A stretch of 64,000 nucleotides of DNA, from the IMG/VR virus record IMGVR_UViG_3300023180_000044, one strand, 5' to 3'. Positions 9,944-19,820 of this stretch are shown piece after piece. The position numbers and the translations under genes were made by a program. How positions within the stretch are numbered: the stretch's first letter is position 1; the number at the start of each line of letters is the position of its first letter. The notes under the pieces are model-generated. The model searched no databases. It was not told the origin of the DNA and saw nothing but the letters and a program-made list of their open reading frames with translations. The stretch comes from an uncultured virus (IMG/VR IMGVR_UViG_3300023180_000044) (Duplodnaviria; Heunggongvirae; Uroviricota; Caudoviricetes).

Positions 9944-10116
9944 TATTTTTCGTTTCTAGCTTCTAAGATTTCACCTCTTAAATCCTGCAACATGCTTTTC
10001 AATTCTTGTGCAGTTTTTCTAGCTCTCACACCAGCAGATTTGTTACCCGCGTAAAATTTAGTTGTGTCCACTGAAAGTGCCTCTACTAATGTTTTGATGT
10101 TTTCTAAAGTTTCCAT
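9943..10116 (-). CDS. Histone H1-like Hc1 family protein (short Bacteroidota type)
   Basis: Hand-translated 57 aa METLENIKTLVEALSVDTTKFYAGNKSAGVRARKTAQELKSMLQDLRGEILEARNEK; GNKSAG.RARK is the family signature. Confidence 0.85.
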   Translation of the reverse strand: METLENIKTLVEALSVDTTKFYAGNKSAGVRARKTAQELKSMLQDLRGEILEARNEK

Positions 10117-10194
10117 TTAAAATATTTTTTACAGTTTTTATTTTTCTAAATCTTAAGTTTTTCTGGTCGGATGTAAACCCCATCAAGAAAAAAT

Positions 10195-10677
10195 TTAATT
10201 TTCTAATGAACGTTCCATCACTTTATATAGGTCAGTATACATTTCCAAATCGGATTTTGTATATACTCTGTCCCATGTGAATAGTTGTTCTAAAAAGGTA
10301 TCAATGGAGTCTCTTACCTCTTCATCTGGTTGGTCATAATAAACCTCAAAGAAAAACGCTTCGAAATAATCGAAGTCGTCATTGGAAAAGGTAAAGGTTA
10401 TGTTTTCCTTTGAAAAGTTTTCAATGGTCTTTGTCCAACACCATATAAAGTGTGACTTTTTATCGTCTTCAGTCATCCCGATTTTTGTTTCTCGAGCATC
10501 ACCGTGACTATCACCCAAATAGGTGTCCTTCATCAAATAAAATAATGAAAAGCAAAAGTCTCTGAACAGTTCAGAATATTCTCGTTGAATATTGTGTGCC
10601 CTGAACCATAAGTCCACATCGTTTCTGTCCATAGGTTTTGATAACCAATTAAAAAAATAGTCCATCTTATCTTTCAT
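10195..10677 (-). CDS. Hypothetical protein
   Basis: 160 aa ORF. Confidence 0.7.
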   Translation of the reverse strand: MKDKMDYFFNWLSKPMDRNDVDLWFRAHNIQREYSELFRDFCFSLFYLMKDTYLGDSHGDARETKIGMTEDDKKSHFIWCWTKTIENFSKENITFTFSNDDFDYFEAFFFEVYYDQPDEEVRDSIDTFLEQLFTWDRVYTKSDLEMYTDLYKVMERSLEN

Positions 10678-10721
10678 ATTAGAAATCTAAGATGGACCAC
10701 TTAAAAAGAAATAAAAAAGTA

Positions 10722-11927
10722 TTATTGTGTTTTGTTGTTGTAAGTAAAAATCGATTTCATCTTATTGATTTCCTCGTTGATTTTTACCTTCTTTTTGTCG
10801 TCAATATTTTCAGAAATTGCCGCCATAACTTCGTCAGGTGACATTGCCGCCTTATCTGACTTCTTACTACCCGCAAAATCTTCAACAGGTTGAACAGCTT
10901 TTTGGTAAGATTGTTTTTTCAACTTAGCCAACCAATTTTTCTTACGTCTGTCGTTAACTTTTTCGTTTGCATCAGTTGCAACCGCATTTGCATATTCTTG
11001 AGAGTTACCCGTCTTAGAGTCACCCATGATGTTCATCTCAATCCAATCTTCATTAGGTTTGATAGCATCATACTCCAAGTTTTCCATACCACCTGAACGA
11101 GCAATTTGGTCAATGTATTCTTCAACAGCGTCTGAAGCATGATACATCATCTTATCATCATCACCCATCTCACCGTTTCCTTTTGGGAAACCTTTAGGGT
11201 TTTCTTCATATCCATCGTTAGAACCAGCCTTAACGTAGTCTTTCATTTTCTTGTTAACTTCTTTCATCGCGTCGTCGTTAACCTTAGCAGATGCTTTCAA
11301 AGTTTTTTCAGTATCTTTAAGACCTTTAGCTGCCTTTTCTTCCATAACTAATCTTTGGATTAATTCAATCATCTCCTCTTCAGATAAGGTAACCACCTTT
11401 TTATTAGATTCATTCATCTTCTTACATCCACATGATTCTTTATCTTTCTCGTCAGCATCTTTAACTTCGTATTCTTTACCGTCAACCTCAAAAGAGTCAT
11501 CACCGGCACAGATAGCTTTACATCTTGCTTCAGAGAACGCATTTCCTTCTTCCAACTCGTCTTCTTCCATACGTTGTTTTTTGATGTTTGAATACACACC
11601 AACAACTTCTGAGTCACGACCATCAAATTTGTCTCTTAATTCAGGCATTTTACCCATATCTTCTTGTAATGATTTACATTTATCTTTATTCATGTTTAAA
11701 TAAAGTTGAGCCATCTTAGCTGGTTTTCCACCTTCTTTTTTGGCTACTTCGGCACACTCACAGGTTACATCACCTTCTCCATCTAACATACCTTTTCCTT
11801 TACAGTAGTCAGTGAAGGCACCTTCTTTCATGTCAACGTCCTGTATCCACTTGTCCTCCTTCTCTTGAAGGGATTCTTGCAAAACACGGTCAACAATCTC
11901 GTTAATCTTATTTTCTATGTTTTTCAT
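10722..11927 (-). CDS. Acidic E/K/M-rich protein, candidate prohead core/internal head protein
   Basis: Many (L/I/M)xE motifs, internal VVTLSEEEMIELIQRLVME, upstream TATTTAT motif. Confidence 0.5.
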   Translation of the reverse strand: MKNIENKINEIVDRVLQESLQEKEDKWIQDVDMKEGAFTDYCKGKGMLDGEGDVTCECAEVAKKEGGKPAKMAQLYLNMNKDKCKSLQEDMGKMPELRDKFDGRDSEVVGVYSNIKKQRMEEDELEEGNAFSEARCKAICAGDDSFEVDGKEYEVKDADEKDKESCGCKKMNESNKKVVTLSEEEMIELIQRLVMEEKAAKGLKDTEKTLKASAKVNDDAMKEVNKKMKDYVKAGSNDGYEENPKGFPKGNGEMGDDDKMMYHASDAVEEYIDQIARSGGMENLEYDAIKPNEDWIEMNIMGDSKTGNSQEYANAVATDANEKVNDRRKKNWLAKLKKQSYQKAVQPVEDFAGSKKSDKAAMSPDEVMAAISENIDDKKKVKINEEINKMKSIFTYNNKTQ

Positions 11928-11959
11928 ACTAATAATACTTTTACAATAAATATATTGAT

Positions 11960-14173
11960 TTACCTAAATCTCGAATACGGATTTATTCTTATGTCAGTCA
12001 AGTGTAAGTTCAAACTTTTAAATATTCTATGTGGGTATGATAGTCCCGTTGCAATTGCCTGTTCAACAGGATTTCCTCTATATGAATCTTCCTCTTCCTC
12101 AGGTGGTAAATAACGAGCAATCATATCATAGAAACCTACAGGAACTTTCTCACCTTTATATCTTAAATCTAGTAACTCAACAAACATTCCAACATATCTT
12201 GAATCTCCAAAATCATAAGAATCTGCATTACTTAAAAATCCCGCAATCTTACCTTCAGGACCAACATCATCAATTCGTATTTTACCGGATATATTACCAT
12301 TGTCAAAATCAAACTCCTTATCCTTTAATTCCTTTTGTAAAAATCTACTCTTATCATCTTTAATAGATTCCAACCATTCTTTTTCTCTCTCTTCTTTACT
12401 TGGAAAGGCACCATCCGGTAGTTCGAAAGTAACAAAACCCTCCTCTTCATCCTGTTCAGTAATATAACCTAATTCTTTGGCCACTAAGTTCTTAACCACA
12501 TAAGTTTCAACCTTAAGTTTTTTAGCAGTTCTGTCAATCGCTTCTTTAATCATATCTCTTTCAAAGAACTCCAATGCGTTGATGTCACCCTGATTACAGT
12601 AAGGAAACTTCTTACACTTAGATTTAATCTTTACAAACTTAGCACCTGGACCACCATACTTTGGAAACTTCTTATCTCTCACCGCACGGGTCTTCTTATC
12701 TACCGTCTCAGGATTGTCAATCTTTAGTGGGTCTCTTTTAGGAAAACCAAAAGGTGCGTCATAAGCCCCTGACGAAGACGCTGAAGTCACCTCAGTAGTT
12801 TCTCCACCTTCCATCTTAGCCAACTTATCATAATAGAATGGGTCTTCATATAAATGGTCCATTGCAATCTCCAATGCTACCATCATCTCGGATGTATGTT
12901 CCATTTCAACTCTTACACCTTTTTGTAATTGTTCGAACATAGTATCCATATCAACATCATGCATCATCGCAATATCTTCAATGTCTTTACCATCGGCAAT
13001 ACCACCCATCATGATTTCCTCTTCGTTTAATCTATCCTTTTGTGTTTTATAGTTGGATTTAGCAATATCATACTTTTTTTGGTCGGCCTCGTCGTAAACA
13101 ATTTGTTCAAAATATTTTTCAAACATAGGGTCAAATAACTTCTCCATCGCTTCAGGTTTACGGTCTCTACCTTTTAGATATAACATTCTCTTACCATCCA
13201 GTCTCTGAATACGTAAGTCTTCATCTTTTTTCTTAAATAACCAATAAGGGATTCTAATAAACTTAAACCCTTCCTTACCTGGAACATCACCAATAACCTC
13301 AATCTGAGATAATGGTAACATTGTTTTATGTAAAGACATTGAATAAGGTTTATGACCCGACATAAAAAAAGAATCATTATCAGGATATTGTCTAATATTG
13401 AAAACTTCCAATTGTTTTGGCGTTTCCTCACCCACCATATAAGCACCAACAATAGTTTTACTATCGGCGTCATAGTCTGACTTATAAAAGTCATATTGAC
13501 TATCATTTGTATCCACTTCCTCAGGTTCAACCTGACCATCTTCAGGTGAATCATCATTTTCCTGCTCTTCAACCTTTACTCCGTGAACATACTTAACACC
13601 ACTAGCCCTCTTATTTTCTAATTTTCTTTCAATGTCATCAATTATTCTCTTAACCGACTTCATTGGTGATGGACCACTCGCGGCTTTGATTAACTTTCTA
13701 ACCAATTCAATTTTTTCAAAATCTCTAAGTTCTGATTCATTAACAGGACCACCCTCAGGTTTTGTAGTTAACTTAGACTCCGTACCAGGTTGGAACAGAT
13801 TGTTTTTCTTTGGCTCTGTGAATAATGGTGCCGAATATGCCCCTGATGAACCCGCACCCATTGCTTCAGTTGTTTCACCCTCAACCTCTTCATCCCCCAT
13901 ATCACTTACGATACGCATTAGGATTTGATTTAAAGTATCAACGGTAAGACCTTCTGTCTCACCCTTAGGATTGTCCTTAGACTTTAAGAATGGTGAATAT
14001 CCTTTTTCTTCATCCAACTCAGATTCAACAGCATTAATCATCTGACCCATCGATACAAAATTATCAGTTGTAGCATCACCAGTGTTTGGTAAACTACCCG
14101 CATTTTTTTGAAAAGCCTTACTCAGACCTTTTCTAATCATTGCCTTTAAATCTTCCTCGTTGATATTTTTCAT
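11960..14173 (-). CDS. Large modular phage protein containing a DUF5661-like domain
   Basis: KGVRVEMEHT...ALEIAMDHLYEDPFYYDKL; ETTE...SSGAYxAP occurs twice. Confidence 0.65.
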   Translation of the reverse strand: MKNINEEDLKAMIRKGLSKAFQKNAGSLPNTGDATTDNFVSMGQMINAVESELDEEKGYSPFLKSKDNPKGETEGLTVDTLNQILMRIVSDMGDEEVEGETTEAMGAGSSGAYSAPLFTEPKKNNLFQPGTESKLTTKPEGGPVNESELRDFEKIELVRKLIKAASGPSPMKSVKRIIDDIERKLENKRASGVKYVHGVKVEEQENDDSPEDGQVEPEEVDTNDSQYDFYKSDYDADSKTIVGAYMVGEETPKQLEVFNIRQYPDNDSFFMSGHKPYSMSLHKTMLPLSQIEVIGDVPGKEGFKFIRIPYWLFKKKDEDLRIQRLDGKRMLYLKGRDRKPEAMEKLFDPMFEKYFEQIVYDEADQKKYDIAKSNYKTQKDRLNEEEIMMGGIADGKDIEDIAMMHDVDMDTMFEQLQKGVRVEMEHTSEMMVALEIAMDHLYEDPFYYDKLAKMEGGETTEVTSASSSGAYDAPFGFPKRDPLKIDNPETVDKKTRAVRDKKFPKYGGPGAKFVKIKSKCKKFPYCNQGDINALEFFERDMIKEAIDRTAKKLKVETYVVKNLVAKELGYITEQDEEEGFVTFELPDGAFPSKEEREKEWLESIKDDKSRFLQKELKDKEFDFDNGNISGKIRIDDVGPEGKIAGFLSNADSYDFGDSRYVGMFVELLDLRYKGEKVPVGFYDMIARYLPPEEEEDSYRGNPVEQAIATGLSYPHRIFKSLNLHLTDIRINPYSRFR

Positions 14174-14421
14174 TACTTAACTGACTTTAATGTTGGTTCC
14201 CAGAAACTTCTACGTGTCCACATAATCTTATAGAACTCTCTCATGATTTTCACGACAATATCATTGACATCACCACTGATTTTACCTCGTTGAATCTCCT
14301 GACGGATAAGGTCAATCATTTTATTCTCAAATTGCTTTAATGTTGACGAGTCCAAGAAATCCTTGATTTCCTTTCTCACCATTCTTTCAATTTCCTTTTT
14401 GTCTGTGTTTGATAGTGCCAT
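14173..14421 (-). CDS. Hypothetical protein
   Basis: 82 aa ORF, TATTTATA upstream, stop overlaps the next start. Confidence 0.7.
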   Translation of the reverse strand: MALSNTDKKEIERMVRKEIKDFLDSSTLKQFENKMIDLIRQEIQRGKISGDVNDIVVKIMREFYKIMWTRRSFWEPTLKSVK

Positions 14422-14434
14422 AATCCTATAAATA

Positions 14435-15328
14435 TTAGAAAAACCTATAACCGGCAGTTACTCCGATACCCCATGTTGGTTGGAACCCATTATTTGTATT
14501 GTATAAACCATAAGAAGGTCCAACCATAAGACCGAAACCTCTACGTTTTACCCTCACCTCAGGGACCTTAATCGTCTGTGGTTGAACGTCAATGTAATTC
14601 ACCCCTTCAATAAATGGAATGTTCAACTGTGACTTTGGAATTGCCACACCATCACCATTTACAGGTGTTACATATACCTTTGTTGTCCCATCAGGTAATT
14701 CTGCTTGAACGAACGATAAACTGAAGTTGAATCTATGGTTTAATAGTGATGGTTTACCTGGACCAAACTTATCTACAAAGTAAAAACCTAACTCACCATT
14801 GTCTTTTCTGAAGTTGAACCACGTTTCAGTCTCCAAAGAGAAGACTTCATTGGTATCTGCAATACCTATACCTATATTACCAGCACTGTCCACCTTCATG
14901 ATATTATGAACATCAGATGTTGAAGTGTTAGAGGTAACATCTGCAACATACACTGACTTTATCTCGGCGTCTTTGAGTTTTTCTTTTAACTCTCTCACCC
15001 TTCTCTGTTCACGAGCAACACGACCGTTCAACTTATCAATCTCATCTTGTTTGAGTTGCAACACACCTCTAACATACACACCGTCCTCTACCAAATAATC
15101 AATGGAATCTTGTAGGATTTCAAAGTTATTAGTTAATCGGTTATACTCGTTTTGTCTTTCAACCTCACCAATCTTAATCTCGTTTTTAAGGTCTTTCGTC
15201 TTCTCACATTGACGGAAAAGTAGGGTTATTAGTAAAGCAAAAATAACCCCTAAGAAAAACTTGGGGTTATTTTTAATGAATTCGATAAGGTTATTAAACA
15301 ACCTTAATATTTGACTTAGTATTGTCAT
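14435..15328 (-). CDS. Membrane-anchored coiled-coil protein, spanin-like
   Basis: N-terminal TM followed by FRQC, a coiled coil, and a C-terminal amphipathic beta-hairpin ending GIGVTAGYRFF. Confidence 0.45.
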   Translation of the reverse strand: MTILSQILRLFNNLIEFIKNNPKFFLGVIFALLITLLFRQCEKTKDLKNEIKIGEVERQNEYNRLTNNFEILQDSIDYLVEDGVYVRGVLQLKQDEIDKLNGRVAREQRRVRELKEKLKDAEIKSVYVADVTSNTSTSDVHNIMKVDSAGNIGIGIADTNEVFSLETETWFNFRKDNGELGFYFVDKFGPGKPSLLNHRFNFSLSFVQAELPDGTTKVYVTPVNGDGVAIPKSQLNIPFIEGVNYIDVQPQTIKVPEVRVKRRGFGLMVGPSYGLYNTNNGFQPTWGIGVTAGYRFF

Positions 15329-15329
15329 G

Positions 15330-15878
15330 TTAATCTTCGGTTTCTACACTACGAGTTTTCTTTCTACTTGCCAATAATTTTGCCCACTTAGACTTAAACA
15401 TCTCATAATAGTCGGTAAGTTTTTGAAGTGTTTCCATTGCTTCAGTATTCAACTTCACCATATCACCGTTGATGTATACACCATTGTTCTCACCAATAGA
15501 ATAGAAGAAGTCCAAATCGAAATCGATAATCTTTCCACTCCACTCCACATTGTTAGGGTATATGTTTAAGGTTCCAAAGTCAGACATATCAGATACCATC
15601 TCAACGAAGTCATCCATAGTCTCTTGAAAAGCAATCTTTTCCTCTGTAGAAAGTTCAATATCTTGCTTGGTTTTACCGTGCAAAGTAATGATACCACCAG
15701 AAACTCTATAGCTTTGTTTTTTATCTTCTTGAGGTTGAGTGTCAATGTCAATTTCTTCTTCACTATCAACGGCTAAATCAACAGGCTCATCAGTCAAATC
15801 AGTGACCACCTTCTCCTCTTGTTCTTTAATTAAACGAGACTTCTTTAATAAGTCTTTTATTTCATCATACTGGTTCAT
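15330..15878 (-). CDS. Hypothetical acidic protein
   Basis: ORF; ATG 15878 (MNQYDE) preferred over the track start. Confidence 0.65.
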   Translation of the reverse strand: MNQYDEIKDLLKKSRLIKEQEEKVVTDLTDEPVDLAVDSEEEIDIDTQPQEDKKQSYRVSGGIITLHGKTKQDIELSTEEKIAFQETMDDFVEMVSDMSDFGTLNIYPNNVEWSGKIIDFDLDFFYSIGENNGVYINGDMVKLNTEAMETLQKLTDYYEMFKSKWAKLLASRKKTRSVETED

Positions 15879-16470
15879 TCTCAAATACTTTAACAAACTC
15901 TTCGTAGTCAAATGCTGGACTTAAATCTGTGCAGTGTACCGTATAGTTACTTTTGGTTAACACACCTTCATATAAATCCGCAAAGTCTACCTTTACGTTA
16001 TGACCAATTACGGTCTTTGGAATCTCAAAACTCTCACACAACTCTAAACACAATTCCTGTGTAGTTTTTAATTGAGTATCTGTGTAAGGGTCCCAAAAAA
16101 AGTATCCTCTCCACTTTTTTTCATAAGGTTCCTCACTATAAATATTACCAATCCAGTTAATGTAGGATGCATTTAAGGGGTTTTTCTTTAACCAACCTAA
16201 GTTTTCAAGGGCAACAACAATAATTTTTCGCTTATTGTCGTAACCTTCAAAGTAATCTGTGGAATATTCGGGCGATAAAAACTCGAGAACCTTACCATCC
16301 TTTGTAATTAGATAGTGAGGAACTCGAGTATTATTACCATTGTACCTATACTTTAAAGACTGAAGGTATTCTTTGGCATCCCTTCCGGTATGCACCAATA
16401 CTATCTGTCTTTTATCATTATGTTCACCAACGTTATTATAACCTTGTAATTTTTGTATTTCTACGGCCAT
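15865..16470 (-). CDS. N-acetylmuramoyl-L-alanine amidase-like protein (Amidase_2 fold)
   Basis: IVLVHT, PHYLITKDGKV, VALEN, YTDTQL, TDLSPAF. The Zn-ligand set looks incomplete. Confidence 0.7.
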   Translation of the reverse strand: MAVEIQKLQGYNNVGEHNDKRQIVLVHTGRDAKEYLQSLKYRYNGNNTRVPHYLITKDGKVLEFLSPEYSTDYFEGYDNKRKIIVVALENLGWLKKNPLNASYINWIGNIYSEEPYEKKWRGYFFWDPYTDTQLKTTQELCLELCESFEIPKTVIGHNVKVDFADLYEGVLTKSNYTVHCTDLSPAFDYEEFVKVFENEPV

Positions 16471-17656
16471 CTCTTGAATCGTATACTAACCTTCTCGGTT
16501 TTTGTGTATCAGGAGTAGCATCTGGTTTCACTTCATCTAAATAAAGAACATCCTCTACATCCGTCTCTGTATCTAAAACCTCCTCTTGTTCTGTCGTATC
16601 TTCTTGTTCTTTATTAATAGGAGTTTCCTCTAATTTAGAATCATTTGACATTTTTTCAAGGTTTTGTTCTCTGAGATGTTTCTCGTATCGTAACTTTTCA
16701 AGTTTTTCCAACTCTTTTTGTAACAATTGAACGTCGGATTCCGTTGGTGGGTGTTCGTCTGTTTTTTCAAACAACTTACTCTTCTTTTCCAACTCTCTTT
16801 GTTTCTTTTCTTCCTCTAACCTCTTTCTTTCCTTACTTTCCAATGACACCTTCTCAAAGGCAAAGTTCGCAGCAATAACCAAAGCGATTGCCAATGGGTC
16901 AAAAACAAAAATGATAACCAACATTAATATGTTAATTACCTTATCCATCGGTGTACCAGTTAATTCTGAGATATACTTCAAAGGACCTAACTCAGAAGCT
17001 AAGTCTGTATTACTCTCCAAATCTAAAATCTGAACTTCCAAAGATGTGATAGAGTCTGTTACAATTTCAATCTTTTGTGATATCTCATTTCTCGATTCAA
17101 CAGCCTCGTTCAACTGTTTTTCCAACGACCTTCTCGTTGATGATGACGTTGTAGTGATGATTTGTCCCGTCTCTGAATCACGGTATTGTATCTTATTATT
17201 CGCAAGACCATCACGTAATGATGTGATACTCTCGTCCAATTCTTTCTTTTCTAATAGGTAATAGTCACGGTTTTCAACAAACCTGTTTTTCTTTAACTCA
17301 ATGACCTCAACTTCCTTATCTAAGATACCTGACTTACTCGCAGTCTCTTGGTAGGCACCTGACAAGAATCCATAGATACCTGCCGAGGTAATCAATACCA
17401 ACACCGCAGCAGCAACTGTAAGGTATACTCTCAATAATTTATTCAGTGATTTCCAATATTGATACAACAGCGATGCAATAACCAACTTTGAAACCTCCAA
17501 CGAGGTCGCCATGATTAACACCGCTGTCGCAGCACCCGCAAAAAGTTTTGACAAACCTGTTACCGAGTAAAACGCCGCAGAAGCACTTACCGATAAAGCG
17601 GATAACGCAATAATAAAAGGAAAAATTCTTTTTTGTATTTCTTTCCAAAAACTCAT
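16436..17656 (-). CDS. Multi-TM membrane protein with long coiled coil
   Basis: Three N-terminal TMs, ~140 aa coiled coil, a further TM with FVFDPLA, acidic tail. Confidence 0.7.
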   Translation of the reverse strand: MSFWKEIQKRIFPFIIALSALSVSASAAFYSVTGLSKLFAGAATAVLIMATSLEVSKLVIASLLYQYWKSLNKLLRVYLTVAAAVLVLITSAGIYGFLSGAYQETASKSGILDKEVEVIELKKNRFVENRDYYLLEKKELDESITSLRDGLANNKIQYRDSETGQIITTTSSSTRRSLEKQLNEAVESRNEISQKIEIVTDSITSLEVQILDLESNTDLASELGPLKYISELTGTPMDKVINILMLVIIFVFDPLAIALVIAANFAFEKVSLESKERKRLEEEKKQRELEKKSKLFEKTDEHPPTESDVQLLQKELEKLEKLRYEKHLREQNLEKMSNDSKLEETPINKEQEDTTEQEEVLDTETDVEDVLYLDEVKPDATPDTQKPRRLVYDSRDGRRNTKITRL

Positions 17657-17701
17657 GAAAACATCTTGTTTGTGTTTATCTGTAACAAATAAATATCTCT
17701 G

Positions 17702-18517
17702 TTATAGATAATCAAACAAATCTGAAGATTCATTACGTAGTTTACGAAGTGCCTTTTCCTTAATTTGACGGACACGTTCTTTTGTCAAACTGAAGTCGGT
17801 ACCGATGTCTTCCAACGTTCGTGGAGTCCCTGACAATCCGAAGTAATCCTCAACAATTAAACGCTCTCTCTCGTCCAACACACCCATAATCTCACGGAGT
17901 TTCATCTTTAATAAATCTTCAGTGTCAAAGACCGCATCAGGACGCTCAGAGTTATGGTTTTCTATAAGGTCAACCAACGTATCACCATCTTCATTGATGT
18001 TCATATCCAAATCAATGGTCTTTGGAAGGGACGTGAATTTCTCATCCAACTCCTTATTAGTTCGTTGTGCTTCTTTTTTCGCTCGATGCATCTCCTGAAC
18101 CACGTTAACCGGTAGACGGATGGTGCGAGAGTTTTCGTTTAGACATTGGATGATAGATTGTTTAATCCACCACACCGCATAAGAGATGAAACGCAAGTTA
18201 CGGTCCCAATCGAAATTCTTAATGGCTTTCATAAGACCCAAGTTACCCTCAGCAATGAGGTCACCCAAATCCATTCCCTGATTTTGGTATTGTTTGGCGA
18301 TGGTAATCACAAATCGTAGGTTACCCTCCAACAATTCCTGATAGATTTTATCCTTGTCAATATCGGTAATACCCTCAGCAGAAATCAACTGAGCCAATTC
18401 CTTTTCCCTTTCAGGAGTCATTACTTTAATTTTACGGATGTCTTTGAGATACATTTGAATCTCATCTTGATTAATAGGTGAACTCATAAAGTTATCGTTA
18501 TCGTTATTTGTATTCAT
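17702..18517 (-). CDS. RNA polymerase sigma70-family factor (RpoD/SigA-like, lacking region 1.1)
   Basis: YLKDI, NLRFVITIAKQY, DLIAEGNLGL, FISYAVWWIKQSI, RTIRLP, TLEDIG...TKERVRQIKEKALRKLR. Confidence 0.95.
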   Translation of the reverse strand: MNTNNDNDNFMSSPINQDEIQMYLKDIRKIKVMTPEREKELAQLISAEGITDIDKDKIYQELLEGNLRFVITIAKQYQNQGMDLGDLIAEGNLGLMKAIKNFDWDRNLRFISYAVWWIKQSIIQCLNENSRTIRLPVNVVQEMHRAKKEAQRTNKELDEKFTSLPKTIDLDMNINEDGDTLVDLIENHNSERPDAVFDTEDLLKMKLREIMGVLDERERLIVEDYFGLSGTPRTLEDIGTDFSLTKERVRQIKEKALRKLRNESSDLFDYL

Positions 18518-19082
18518 TTGAATAATGGGTTAATAATCTCTTTTCTTCGTCTGACAAAGATAACGCACCTTTGTCAATCATCTTATCTAATAGGTCGTCC
18601 AATGTTGGATTTTTTTTCTGTGGACGTAACATAGGGTCTTCATCCTCATCTTCAAAGGAGATATCCTGAAAATCGGATTCTGACATGAAGTATTGGATTA
18701 ACTTATCGAACTCTTCCACAGATTTATTGGAGTCAACCTCAAACCTGTAGTTACTAATAAACGTAACTCGGTCTCCTTCGTTCTCCAATTCCTTTAAGTT
18801 GTTTTTGATTTTACTCGGCAAGTCCACACTCAGTTCCTCACCTTTGGGAACGAGGTAATATTGAATATCATTGGACTTATAGGTCGCTTTGAGATATTCG
18901 GTGAGTTCTTCTTTTGGTAAGTCAGTATCAAACTGAACAATCATAGTGTATGATTCATATACATATTTTAAGGACTCATCTAAAGTGATAGGGATTAGGG
19001 GTTGTAACAACTCTCCTTCCGCACCTCTTCCTTTGAAGTTGCCGAAGATAAATAGGGTAAAAAACAGTTTTTCAGTTTCCAT
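18504..19082 (-). CDS. Hypothetical protein with C-terminal DUF6576-like motif
   Basis: LDDLLDKMIDKGALSLSDEEKRLL; ATG 19082 follows TACATTTG at 19098-19105. Confidence 0.6.
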   Translation of the reverse strand: METEKLFFTLFIFGNFKGRGAEGELLQPLIPITLDESLKYVYESYTMIVQFDTDLPKEELTEYLKATYKSNDIQYYLVPKGEELSVDLPSKIKNNLKELENEGDRVTFISNYRFEVDSNKSVEEFDKLIQYFMSESDFQDISFEDEDEDPMLRPQKKNPTLDDLLDKMIDKGALSLSDEEKRLLTHYSNEYK

Positions 19083-19097
19083 AGGATTATTTTTTTT

Positions 19098-19117
19098 CAA
19101 ATGTAGGACTATTTATA
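19098..19117. promoter_or_regulatory. Back-to-back promoter elements: TACATTTG (minus) and TATTTATA (plus)
   Basis: Both motifs lie in the 49-nt gap between divergent ATGs 19082 and 19132. Confidence 0.55.
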
Positions 19118-19131
19118 ATAAAAACCAAATT

Positions 19132-19770
19132 ATGAGTAAGATAACTTTAACTGAGACGGAACTAATATCTATTGTGAACCGTGTCGTTGAACAAAAATTG
19201 AGCCATATCAATGAAGACTCAGCAGATATCAATCAGGATGGTATAATTTCTCCTGAAGAGTTATATCAACACTTTGACCTCGATGGTGACGGAGTCGTTA
19301 CAATGGCCGACTATGCCGCCCATGTAGATTTTCATTGTGAAAATCCTGAACTCCTTCAAAAAGAAAGAGAATCAAAAGAATACCTTTCTAAAATGGAACA
19401 AGACCGTGAACCTTTCATCGCATTCTTCAATGTTGATGACATGCAACCAATGATGGAACAAGACGAGTTTGAAGATGAAGACGGTGAACAAATGGTAAAA
19501 TACCCAGTTGACGACATCGACTTCGACCTTGATGATTCTGACGTTCAAGAAATAATGTCATTTGATGGTCCTTTTAGACAATTTAGAGGTTCTATATATG
19601 TGGACGGTATCGTTCCTGAAACAGATGACCGTGAATACGACAGAAAATTAGCAATTAAACTAATGGACTACTACCGTGAACAAATCTCAAACTCTGAGAG
19701 TTATGTTGGTGGAGTTGGATTCAAAAATAGAGGTAATTTATTAGAACCATATGACAATATGGACTTTTAA
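19132..19770 (+). CDS. EF-hand calcium-binding protein
   Basis: Paired loops DINQDGIISPEE and DLDGDGVVTMAD. Real start is MSKITLTE at 19132; the track's N-terminal extension overlaps the divergent gene. Confidence 0.8.
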   Translation: MSKITLTETELISIVNRVVEQKLSHINEDSADINQDGIISPEELYQHFDLDGDGVVTMADYAAHVDFHCENPELLQKERESKEYLSKMEQDREPFIAFFNVDDMQPMMEQDEFEDEDGEQMVKYPVDDIDFDLDDSDVQEIMSFDGPFRQFRGSIYVDGIVPETDDREYDRKLAIKLMDYYREQISNSESYVGGVGFKNRGNLLEPYDNMDF

Positions 19771-19791
19771 TTAAACCTTAGAAAAGGAATG

Positions 19792-19818
19792 AACCCTGAC
19801 ATAACGTCAGGGTTTTTT
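19792..19818 (+). terminator. Rho-independent terminator
   Basis: Stem aaccctgac/gtcagggtt plus T-tract, between convergent genes. Confidence 0.8.
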
Positions 19819-19820
19819 GT

